From: Tortispora ganteri
Taxonomy: Eukaryota
Assembly (NCBI GenBank): GCA_003707115.1
Contig: PPNB01000007.1
Coordinates: forward strand, 186,001-250,000
DNA: 64,000 bases
Direction of reading: 5' to 3'
The translations under genes and the position numbers were made by a program. The notes beneath the pieces were generated by a model. The model was not told where the DNA came from, made no database searches, and saw only the letters and a list, made by a program, of their open reading frames with translations. Below, one piece after another: positions 45,813-56,345 of the stretch; position 1 is the first letter of the stretch, and each line of letters begins with the position of its first letter.

Positions 45813-47657
45813 GTTTTTGAGGAGATTATCCAATAATTCCATTGGTATTGGGTCCTGAAATAATAATAGCCTAGTACATTCCAAATCAGAAACTTTGCAG
45901 GTTCGTATGTATATGGTTGAAGCTGCAATCACGCTAAATATGAATACGTTATCGGTTTCTTCTACAATATATTAATATGCATATTGCAAAACTTTAATGC
46001 AGCTCATTACCGACAACAATAAGAGGAAACCTATAAAGAAATGACAAAGGAATAATTCCGCCGCTGTGCAGTGTATATCCTATGTGATAAAGAAGAACTT
46101 CTTTCACTATACGGTTAATTTTACCGCTAGATCATAGCTCTTCGCTTGAGGTAATTTTTTCGTCGTCCACTGAATTAATAGATAGATGCAGACGGCTCAT
46201 ACTAACTAAATCTTCAATTCACTCATAAATCACTATGCACTCGTCTGTTTTCATATATCTTAAAAGCTTGAACGGGCTTGCCAGACGACAACTCTCAACA
46301 TTGGCTAATGGCTAAACGCAATAATTAAATTACTGCCTTAGCTTCAAATACTAAAATCATTTTCGGTAAACTTGAGTATATAAAACAAAAGGGCAAGAGA
46401 CATCTGCCTGTAAAAATTTCAACCACTCAGTATGTAGGGACAGTTGATTGTTACATGTAATTAGGGATAACTAACCCATGCGATAAGGTTTCAGTTGGGC
46501 AAAGTTCTCATTTCACTATGATGTTCAAAACATCGCCACACTTTGCCTTGAATTAAAAGCCAAATACGAGCATGCTATATAAGTCTTCTCTCAATGATCT
46601 AGAAAGTTGTACGATAAATTAATTATTCCTGATGTTTTCTCACATTGTTTAAGATTGAACATAAAAAACGCTATGGTAAAGTTTGCTAATGCTTTAAGCT
46701 AGTAATATATGGTATTTATGTGTGTGTATTTTTATCAAATGTGGCGTGTGGCGTCCACATAGTTTCCGGATACTATAATTAACGCCTATTCTTCTTCTTT
46801 ACATTTGTGGCGTCTTGCTTATTAAGTTTGTTCAATTAGCAAATGTAAGTCGAGTTTCGTAGCTTTATAAAAATATATGAGCATATACTCAATGTTTCGT
46901 TCAGCGTGCTATTATTAAACATACCATACAATCGAATGATCAAGCTCGCTTTTTCTGATGAACAATGTTTATAGTGCTGTTCTCCGCTTAAGTTTTTGTG
47001 GTATTTAAAGGTTCGAGATTGCATGAATGTTATTCATAGGCTGTTAATAATAATTTTTGGAGAAAATATGGCGTACATTTCTCCCTCTACCTTTTAAACA
47101 TGTTATATTTTTGAAATAGGAGTTGAGACTGCGCCACTTTTTCTATCATTATTACCCGATACAATCCCTTTGAATGGCATCAACGAAAGCATCGCTAAAA
47201 TTGCTGCAAATAGATGAGCTACAACTAATTCTCATTGTTACTGACTTTAGTGCAGTAATCTCTCATGCAGTTATGTAAACAGTCTATATATTCGCCTATC
47301 TTTAGCTACTGCAAAGATAATGCTGATGTGTATATGTAGACTACCTTTTGCGTGAATTGCTTGGGTGTAGCACTTGAATATCATCAGTCGTCACAATAGG
47401 ACTAGTAATCACTACTCAGACCTACCTTCCATGTAGCAAAGTTGGTTATAGATTTTCTCAACAAGCCACGATTGAGTATTAGGCCATTTTCCAATAGAAT
47501 CTAAGATACAAAGGCTAGATAATGAATGAATATCAAGGCACACCGAATATATTGGATATATACACATATACACTGTAGGCTTTAGATATTTGACAAGCTT
47601 AATAAAATTACTATACGCTTATAGCGTAATGTTCTTAATCATAAAACATAAACGACA

Positions 47658-48881
47658 TTAATCATATCTCCTTTGCAACAAAGGTAAATCAGCTGTCGGC
47701 ACTTGATGCAACTGTGATTTAAAGTAACCAAGATAAATAGTGATGACTGCTAAAGTAGTGGTGATAAGTATGACACAAACAATGAATATGCATGAGAGTA
47801 TTTTCCAAGCGGAGCTATCAAGTTGAGTGCTCAAATGAGTAGAAGCTAAAGCCATGGTTCCTAAGGGGAAAGTAAGAGCCCACCAGCTCAAAGAGAATGT
47901 TTTTGGATGCCCAGATGCTACAGCCATGGTAGACCAAAAGAGAAAGGAAAGGCCCAGTGCAAAGAATGTCATTCCCAAAGCATAGCCGAGATACTCAATA
48001 ACAATCTTCGATGCAATAGAGGCAGAATAATTTATGTTTAATCCCGGATAAACAGTATCTTGTAAGTATTGTGCTAGATTCAAAGCGTTAATCTGAATGG
48101 AAAAAGAACCTTGGCCGCATGGTCCACAAGCAATGAACATGGATAAACGGCTAGCCTTAGGTAACTTACCATGAAGATACCATCTAATTAAGAATGCGCC
48201 TATGATCATTAAAGCAGTTATCTGACCAGCGCCCCATGCTATAAAGCTCATTATGAGAACAGTGCCTCTCAAATGTTGAGGTATATGGGGAACGATTGCA
48301 CCACCCAGAGATGACACGACCACTAGGGCTACAGTAGGTAGCAAAAGGGCGGGTGTCAGCGTGTTCATCTTTCTTTCTGACCCAAAATGTATGTATATAT
48401 ACATTACCAGTAAAGCGGATACGTATGACAGAATGGTATCAATCCAATATATCGCGTAGGCAGCAACCCAAGCCCGTTCACCCCAGTTGATAACTATGAA
48501 GGTTGTGATAGTTGCCAATCCCATAGGTAAACAGCCCCAAAAAACAGCTCGTTCATTGTGGCATAATTTCAGTAGCCTTCTAGGGTATAGATACATCAAT
48601 AAAATTAAGGAGGCGGTTGATATAATAAATTCGAATGTGGCAACTCCCCAAAAGGCATATGATAAGCCATTTAACCACCTTGCTTGATATGGAAATACCC
48701 TCAATAAATTACCACATATGCCTACACCCATAACAGTTGAGAACCACGCAGGATCAAATCCTGCTATTCTCTGTGTGAAGTAGTTGAATTTCGGAACATT
48801 GATTGATGAGTCACAACTTGCTTTCTCTTTTTCTGCTGTGTTTTCTTCCACATCCACTCGAGGTCCGTTGACTGCGGTCAT
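47658..48881 (-). CDS. TDT/SLAC1-family transporter (Ssu1 sulfite efflux / Mae1-like)
   Basis: F.PAWFS.VMG.G, FWGCLPMGLATI, LLP.V, GPCGQG, WWALTFPLG, about 10 TM segments. First ATG at 48881. Confidence 0.88.
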   Translation of the reverse strand: MTAVNGPRVDVEENTAEKEKASCDSSINVPKFNYFTQRIAGFDPAWFSTVMGVGICGNLLRVFPYQARWLNGLSYAFWGVATFEFIISTASLILLMYLYPRRLLKLCHNERAVFWGCLPMGLATITTFIVINWGERAWVAAYAIYWIDTILSYVSALLVMYIYIHFGSERKMNTLTPALLLPTVALVVVSSLGGAIVPHIPQHLRGTVLIMSFIAWGAGQITALMIIGAFLIRWYLHGKLPKASRLSMFIACGPCGQGSFSIQINALNLAQYLQDTVYPGLNINYSASIASKIVIEYLGYALGMTFFALGLSFLFWSTMAVASGHPKTFSLSWWALTFPLGTMALASTHLSTQLDSSAWKILSCIFIVCVILITTTLAVITIYLGYFKSQLHQVPTADLPLLQRRYD

Positions 48882-49317
48882 TCTTTTATTTATATAAACT
48901 CTATTTCGTTTGCCGTCAGGACGAGCGTGAATTAACAAATAGCTATACCTTTTGCTCCGCACCAAATCAAGTATTGCGTGATCCTACCGACCCGGGTTAG
49001 CGTTAAGCGTGTTTATTTTTTTAGCTTCGTTGTGTTTTAGCGAAATATGTTGCTCCCCAACTTTCAGTTATATACTGTCACCTGAAACAAACTGCGGCTT
49101 ATAACTTTTTTTTGCTATGTTTCTTGATTGGGCATTTGGGTAGTATCATTTTAGCGCCGAACACGAAACAGTGTTTTCCTCAACACGGAAACGGATCGAG
49201 GTACGGGTCACCACTAGCACCCAGCGCACAAGCAGTTCGAACCCTTCAGTGAAGAAATTGACATTGCAATCCTTCCCCCTCACACTATTCAGGCAGGGGC
49301 GCTCTACATATTGCAAT

Positions 49318-50460
49318 ATGGGAGACGTGATCACGGAGAAGAAGATTGCGCAGCTAAAGAAGAATTATCCTGATGCAGACGACGATACATTGTTTGAAAT
49401 TCTATTGGCATGTAATGGGGATACTGACGCTTTCCTAGGCAAGCGTAGCGAGCGCAAAGAATGCGATGATGTGCAGCCGAATCACAACAAAGGCCAGTCA
49501 CTGTTTAAGAAATTGAAAGCTTCGGTTCCAAACAATAAGTCAGAGCAATCAATTAAGTTATCTAGAATGAAGCATAAGACTATATGTGTCCTAGATTGCC
49601 CTGATTTAAGTCGAACTATCCCTTACTGCTCTTTGCATGAAAACATATTAGAGTCTTCTATCGCTGATAAGTTACTAGCGTACCTTCTTGAACAGAGTCC
49701 TAACTGGTCTAAGCACGCCTATAAAATTGCGGGCAGGGAGGTGTATTCTCATCACACTGGTTGCCTGTATTTGGACGGAACGGAGGGCGATGATCATGGT
49801 GCTTTGCACGAAATGTCAGAGGATGGAGGCCGAATAAAGTGTGTAGAGCGCAACATGCCTACGATTCTTCAAACTGCATTAATCTGCATTAATGAAAAGG
49901 TTAGAAAACTGCTAGATTGTCCGTCTGCAAAATCATTTAACGCTAATGCAGCTTTAGTGAACTACTATAAAGACGAAACTCATAGTGTTGGTTTTCATGC
50001 AGATCAACTTACACATATAGGCCCTCGAGCGATTATTGCATCATTATCCTTGGGCGCATCTCGAGAGTTTCACATAAAACCTCTAGAGAAGCCAGACCAT
50101 TCTATGCATCATGCACTAAGCAAAACTTGCACCTACATAACTATGCTGCCTCACAACTCTTTATTTATAATGCATCCTAATTTCCAGGAAACTTACAAGC
50201 ATTCAGTTCCAAAATGTGTCACTGTTCATAAAATTCATGAACAAGCTGGGAAACAGAGAATTAATATCACCTTCAGAATGTACAGAGAAGATTTCCGTCC
50301 TAGTAAGCTCCCTAAATGCACAACGTGTGGCAAACATCTTATTTTACGAACTGCATTCAAGAAAAGCGGAGACTACTTTTGGTCATGTGGAAGGCATGAC
50401 AATGGTACATTTTTGTGGGACACTGATATACATACCAAAAACAATTATACCGGGTGTTAA
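49318..50460 (+). CDS. AlkB-like 2OG-Fe(II) dioxygenase with N-terminal CUE-like and C-terminal GRF-type Zn-finger-like regions
   Basis: NYY, HAD (HxD), IASLSLGA.REF, LPHNSL..M, HSVP, RINITFR; C-terminal CxxC...FW.C. First ATG at 49318. Confidence 0.85.
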   Translation: MGDVITEKKIAQLKKNYPDADDDTLFEILLACNGDTDAFLGKRSERKECDDVQPNHNKGQSLFKKLKASVPNNKSEQSIKLSRMKHKTICVLDCPDLSRTIPYCSLHENILESSIADKLLAYLLEQSPNWSKHAYKIAGREVYSHHTGCLYLDGTEGDDHGALHEMSEDGGRIKCVERNMPTILQTALICINEKVRKLLDCPSAKSFNANAALVNYYKDETHSVGFHADQLTHIGPRAIIASLSLGASREFHIKPLEKPDHSMHHALSKTCTYITMLPHNSLFIMHPNFQETYKHSVPKCVTVHKIHEQAGKQRINITFRMYREDFRPSKLPKCTTCGKHLILRTAFKKSGDYFWSCGRHDNGTFLWDTDIHTKNNYTGC

Positions 50461-50488
50461 TTACTGATCATCAATTAGGAGATATAAT

Positions 50489-51448
50489 TTAGCATTTTGA
50501 TAGCAAGCTTTCTGCTACAGAAGATTCTTCAGAAGAAGCATCTGATAGCAAAGAGCGCAGTTTCTCGGCTGCAGTAGCAATGCGCGCATTGGCATCAGCG
50601 ACCATTCGTTGCGCCTCGTTCACGAGGTTTTGCGCTGATTTGGCGGTATGTTTCTCCGTGTCTGACGTTAAACTATTAAGGGCCTCAAGAGCAGCAGAAT
50701 GTTCTTTGACATAATGGTCTCGGTCGCTTATCAGACGGCGTAGGCTGTTAATATTTATCTGCACAGGAGTAGGACGTCCCTTTGCTTTTAAACCGCTAGC
50801 GCTTGGAGCAGCAAAAGATCCACCTCCACTTCCTCCAGAGGGTGCAGGGTCAATTGAAGGAAGGTCCACTTTCCTGACACCATTTGTACCAACCACATAA
50901 ACATAAAGGCCCTTCAAATTTATGGGAAGCCTTTTGTCGAGTTCAGCAGCGCAGCGGGCTATTATATCGAGACCCTCCTCCAACGTCAAATCATCACGAG
51001 CATGTCTGTCCATTGTCGAAAGACAGTAATAAGAAGCGTATCCATGTGCCGCATATGGCACAGAGACGCTAGATGCAAGATAATCTATCCAGTATAAGCT
51101 CGGTTTCTTATCAACATAATCATAGCCTCCAAGGAGCATGTTCACCTGGTACGGCTTCCTAGAACGCAATGCATCGGCTAGAGTCTTCCGGGTAAATGAC
51201 GCTAAATTTTTAACACGCGGTTGTCCAATATCAGTGTTTCTAAGTTCAAACAATGCAGTATTAGCTTGTATGTATTCAGCAAACTGTACAGTATCCCCAG
51301 CCTCGCCCGAAAAGGCCAAGAGGCAATTTTCTGACAACTGTCTGGTTTTATCATCAGAATCCTTCAGTACGGTTACTCCTCTCACAGCAGCACGCGATGC
51401 AGCAATGATTACTTCGTCTTTGGTGCAGAGCCCTAGTAATGTCTCCAT
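50489..51448 (-). CDS. PRE1: 20S proteasome beta4 subunit fused to a C-terminal TBCA/Rbl2-like domain
   Basis: aa 1-196 are beta4 (GEAGDTVQFAEYIQAN, LRSRKPYQVN, AHGY...YCLS..DRH). aa 197-225 are a linker. aa 226-319 form a helical domain resembling tubulin cofactor A. Confidence 0.93.
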   Translation of the reverse strand: METLLGLCTKDEVIIAASRAAVRGVTVLKDSDDKTRQLSENCLLAFSGEAGDTVQFAEYIQANTALFELRNTDIGQPRVKNLASFTRKTLADALRSRKPYQVNMLLGGYDYVDKKPSLYWIDYLASSVSVPYAAHGYASYYCLSTMDRHARDDLTLEEGLDIIARCAAELDKRLPINLKGLYVYVVGTNGVRKVDLPSIDPAPSGGSGGGSFAAPSASGLKAKGRPTPVQININSLRRLISDRDHYVKEHSAALEALNSLTSDTEKHTAKSAQNLVNEAQRMVADANARIATAAEKLRSLLSDASSEESSVAESLLSKC

Positions 51449-51537
51449 GGTGTGGGCAATATATCGTCAAGCAACCTCTTATGTTGGCGAAAGGCAACTT
51501 AGCTGGCGAAGGTAGCGTGCAGTGTACTAAGCGATGT

Positions 51538-51545
51538 CCGGGTAA
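51538..51545. promoter_or_regulatory. Reb1-type site (CCGGGTAA) in the PRE1/COQ5 divergent promoter
   Basis: Exact consensus near the middle of the 196-bp divergent gap. Confidence 0.6.
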
Positions 51546-51629
51546 CCTACAGACTACTAATGGGCGCCCATTTGCAGAACAGGTTTCTTTTACGCTGTTG
51601 TTGCAAAGAGTCTTACGGCTCACTTATAA

Positions 51630-52487
<858 letters not shown>

Positions 52488-52685
52488 TTGCTTATTATGG
52501 TCCTCCAAGGAGCATATTATATTGTCAAACTTTTACGATAAATCAACTGATTGTCTCACTGATGACCTCTAACCTACGATGCCTATCAGGGCAAAAATGT
52601 ACATCTCCCAGTGCGCTCTCCCATTTCGCTTCCACCATCCACCACCAATCACGCACATTTCTGTTTCGTTTAATCGATTTCTACT

Positions 52686-53438
52686 ATGGGAAGTAGACGT
52701 TACGATTCAAGAACTACTGTATTCTCTCCTGAAGGAAGACTTTATCAAGTAGAGTATGCATTAGAGGCCATTTCCCATGCCGGAATGTCTCTAGGCATCT
52801 TGGCCAACGATGGAGTAGTTCTCGCCGCTGAACGCAAGGTCACCTCAAAATTGCTAGAACAACAGGCAGAGAAGATATACCGTATAAACGATGGCACTGT
52901 TTGCTCAGTGGCGGGATACCAGTCAGATGCTTCCATTCTAATTGACTATCTTCGAGAACAAGGCCAGAACTACCTCAGGACATACGGTACGGAAATGCCC
53001 GTCGAGAACTTGGTTCGACGTGTGTGCGACCTCAAGCAAGGATACACTCAGCACGGCGGTCTTAGACCATTTGGTGTGTCTTTAGTGTATGCAGGATATG
53101 ACGGGTCGCGCGGATTTCAGCTTTATCAGAGTAACCCCAGCGGAAACTACGGCGGGTGGAAGGCCACCTCTGTCGGGTCAAACAATGCTACGGCACAGAC
53201 TTTACTCAAGCAGGAATACAAGGATGACTTATCGCTTAATGATGCATGCAATATTGCAATAAAGGTGCTGTCGAAAACATTGGATGCAACGTCATTAAGA
53301 TCCGACCGCCTCGAATTTGCCACTGTCAGACTTAGAGATGATGGCTCCCCAGTCATCAACATATTCTCTGCAGATGAAGTTGAAGCACTGCTCAAGGCTA
53401 ATGACCTGGCGGTTAAACCAGAGGAAGATGATGATTAA
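52686..53438 (+). CDS. PRE9: 20S proteasome alpha3 subunit
   Basis: MGSRRYDSRTT.FSPEGRLYQVEYA, KQGYTQHGGLRPFGVS, SNPSGNY.GWKA. Confidence 0.97.
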   Translation: MGSRRYDSRTTVFSPEGRLYQVEYALEAISHAGMSLGILANDGVVLAAERKVTSKLLEQQAEKIYRINDGTVCSVAGYQSDASILIDYLREQGQNYLRTYGTEMPVENLVRRVCDLKQGYTQHGGLRPFGVSLVYAGYDGSRGFQLYQSNPSGNYGGWKATSVGSNNATAQTLLKQEYKDDLSLNDACNIAIKVLSKTLDATSLRSDRLEFATVRLRDDGSPVINIFSADEVEALLKANDLAVKPEEDDD

Positions 53439-53648
53439 GTTTACTGCCACGACACGAGCAACTTTGGCCGGACGACGAGATAAAGCATTCCATGCCCAGT
53501 GCTACTGTTAAATATACTGTATACTTCGCAATCCAGAAATATAAAATCCAATGAATCTCTTTCTTCTGTTTAGACCACTTTACTTTGTACAAACGATATA
53601 AAAGGAGTAAGAATTGCTCATACCAGGATATATTGAGTTTTTATTTAC

Positions 53649-55316
53649 TTACAAAGTAGGACCAGCAGCAATGACCTCAGGAGTGGCTTCGTCTTCATAG
53701 GTCTTGAAGTTCTCAGCAAACAAAGCTCCGAGCTTCTTCAGTTCGTCCAAGAAGTCGTCCTTTCCTCCGGTCCATGCATTGGCAGGGTTCAACAATTCGC
53801 TAGGAACACCAGGAGCAGACTTCGGAACCAATAGGCCAAATACAGGGAACTCTTCGTATTCAGCCTTCGCAAGCTCACCAGAGTGGATAGCGTCCAAAAT
53901 AGCACGAGTGTATTTGAGCGGGCAGCGTTTACCACCTTTCGCAGCGCTAGCACCGGTCCAACCAGTGTTCAATAACCAGGCGTTGGCCTTGTGCTGCGAG
54001 ATCTTCTCAGAGAGCATCTTGGCGTACTTCATCGGGTGAAGCACTAAGAACGGCTGACCGAAGCATGCTGAGAAGGTAGCCGTGGGTTCAGTAACACCTT
54101 GCTCAGTTCCAGCCATTTTAGAGGTGTAACCAGAGATGAAGTGGTACATGACTTGCTCATTAGTAAGCTTGGAGATAGGCGGGATAACACCGCGAGCATC
54201 GCAAGTCAGCAAGACAATGTTCGAAGGATGGTTCTCAGTCATACATGGAATTTTAGCGTTCGGAATGTACTCGATAGGATAGGAGACACGAGTGTTTTCA
54301 GTGAGAGTAGTGTCATCGTAGTCAACAACGCGGGATTCAGGGTCAAAAACAACGTTCTCGAGGACCGAACCAAACTTAATGGCGTTGAAAATATCAGGTT
54401 CCTTCTCAGCGGACAAACCAACACACTTGGCATAGCATCCACCCTCAATGTTGAATACACCGTGGTCGGACCAGCAGTGCTCGTCATCACCGATCAAGGC
54501 ACGGTTAGGATCTGCAGATAAGGTAGTCTTACCAGTTCCAGACAAGCCGAAGAATAAAGTCACATCCCCGTCCTTGCCTTGGTTGCAAGAAGAGTGGAGA
54601 GTAAGTACCTTATGCACAACAGGCATCACGTAAAACATGACAGTGAAGATACCCTTCTTCATTTCACCGGCATACTCGGTACCGAGGATGACCATCTCCA
54701 TATCTTTAAAGTTGATAGCAACTGAAGTAGACGAAGTCATACCAGACGTGAAGCGGTTAGCAGGGAAGACACCAGCGTTATAGATAGTGAAATCGGGTTT
54801 TCCGTAATTGGCTAATTCCTCTTCAGTAGGACGAATCAACATGTTTCGCATGAACAAAGCATGGTAAGCGCGGGAAGAGACGACACGGACCTTTAGACGG
54901 TAACGTGGATCCCAGCCAGCATAAGCATCAATCACATAAATCTGCTTCTGGGTGTTTAGAAAATCGATAGCACGTTCACGGTTAATTAACCAGGTCTCCG
55001 GGGTGAGCTTTTTGTTAACAGGTCCCCACCACACATGTTCGGAGGAGCCAGGCTCGTCGACGATACGTTTGTCTTTAGGGGAGCGGCCAGTTTTAGATCC
55101 ACTGGAAGCAACAAGGGCGCCCTCAGAAGAGATAGCAGAACCAGTCTCGTGAACAAGAGCTTCCTCGTAGAGGTAAGCAACAGAGGGATTATGAGCAATA
55201 TGTACTTTGTCATATTGAATATGAGCGGTCTCGTAGAGCTCTTCCTCGAGCTCAGAGTGATCAGGTTGCACACCCTTTGGGTGTATGCGGGTTTTGTTCA
55301 CAGCTTCGGGAGACAT
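53649..55316 (-). CDS. PCK1: Phosphoenolpyruvate carboxykinase (ATP)
   Basis: [39 protein letters not shown]. First ATG at 55316. Confidence 0.98.
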   Translation of the reverse strand: MSPEAVNKTRIHPKGVQPDHSELEEELYETAHIQYDKVHIAHNPSVAYLYEEALVHETGSAISSEGALVASSGSKTGRSPKDKRIVDEPGSSEHVWWGPVNKKLTPETWLINRERAIDFLNTQKQIYVIDAYAGWDPRYRLKVRVVSSRAYHALFMRNMLIRPTEEELANYGKPDFTIYNAGVFPANRFTSGMTSSTSVAINFKDMEMVILGTEYAGEMKKGIFTVMFYVMPVVHKVLTLHSSCNQGKDGDVTLFFGLSGTGKTTLSADPNRALIGDDEHCWSDHGVFNIEGGCYAKCVGLSAEKEPDIFNAIKFGSVLENVVFDPESRVVDYDDTTLTENTRVSYPIEYIPNAKIPCMTENHPSNIVLLTCDARGVIPPISKLTNEQVMYHFISGYTSKMAGTEQGVTEPTATFSACFGQPFLVLHPMKYAKMLSEKISQHKANAWLLNTGWTGASAAKGGKRCPLKYTRAILDAIHSGELAKAEYEEFPVFGLLVPKSAPGVPSELLNPANAWTGGKDDFLDELKKLGALFAENFKTYEDEATPEVIAAGPTL

Positions 55317-55425
55317 AGTGTAAGATTTCTTCAAATTGAGAAAGAAAAAGGACTAATAAGAGTTAAGGTAAGTAAAAACGCCTGTTTCAGGATCGTCAAA
55401 GAGCACGTAAGGGCAGAATATTGCT

Positions 55426-55500
55426 TTTTTATATACCCGTATATTGGCCTAGAACAAGATTGCGGGGAACCCTAACCACTATAACTAACGGTTTGTTCCG
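55426..55500 (-). promoter_or_regulatory. PCK1 promoter: TATA (55426-55435), Mig1-like GCGGGG (55462-55467), CGG-N6-CCG Zn-cluster-type site (55489-55500)
   Basis: The motifs are visible; their function is inferred from known glucose repression and derepression of PCK1. Confidence 0.4.
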
Positions 55501-56345
55501 AGGCTTATGTCGGTGAAAGTCGGATTAAGGAGTAATACGGGAAGCTAAATTTGAGATAGCGCTATAAATATTATCAGATAATTGTATAAAATAAGAGAGT
55601 TCGAAGCAACACGTTATTCAACGGCCGTTGTACTAAGGGGTGGCTGCGAATGGCGACCCCGGGGTGGCTCAAATGCACAATTGCTCCGAGCAAAGGCCTG
55701 TGACCAATAAGAGAGTGTGCGATACGCTCTGGGAGGATGTCGATCTGGGACGAGTTCGGATCTAAAGAATACACACAGAAAAGCGCCCCTTTCTTTGTTT
55801 AAATATATTGAATATTGTAATGCTAGTTAAGTGTGTAAAATATGAATATTCTGTCGCTTTACCAGGCAATGATAGGCTCTACCGCGTCGACAATTAATGA
55901 ATAGTAGCCTGATAGTTCGAAACCTTAGTAATAGATTAGCCTTTCTGCCCTGTTTTCTAAGTTTGAGGTAACCGTATTACGTCCGGAAGCTCTATCGGAG
56001 AATCTCGGAATACTTATCATGCTTTTACAGACGATAGCAAGGTGCCATTCGGGGGCCAATGTTGGCCGATCTCTGGTAATCGGAGCAGATCGAAGATAAA
56101 ATAAGTAAAACTATAAACCCAAGTATAGAAAAACAGGAAGGAACAATGGAGCAAAAGAGAACTCACTAAATGAAGCGATGTTCACTAACATGACGGCGTT
56201 AGAATAGACTGAAATAAAATGGTGTGCGTTAGAATGTGTATCTGTGAGTAGAGGTGTGAAATGCGCGTTGACGCATTGGTTGTAGCATAGCGTGAGCAAG
56301 CTAACTGATAAAAGGCACAAACTGGCGGGAATATGAAACATGCGA

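Larger units (their letters stand above)
40447..47657. other. 7.2-kb AT-rich gene-free interval between convergent genes; candidate regional centromere
   Basis: No recognisable ORF. All other convergent gaps in the window are 12-487 bp. Hand-counted lines at 42.5-43.3 kb are about 25-32% GC. The centromere identity is an inference. Confidence 0.55.

Noticed and set aside
40663..47024. Short ORFs (62-117 aa) inside the gene desert
   Set aside because: No recognisable domains, AT-driven composition, no transposase or reverse-transcriptase motifs.
40447..47657. Long inverted repeats or LTRs bounding the gene desert
   Set aside because: Comparing the two ends by eye showed no similarity; a dot-plot is needed to exclude degenerate ones.
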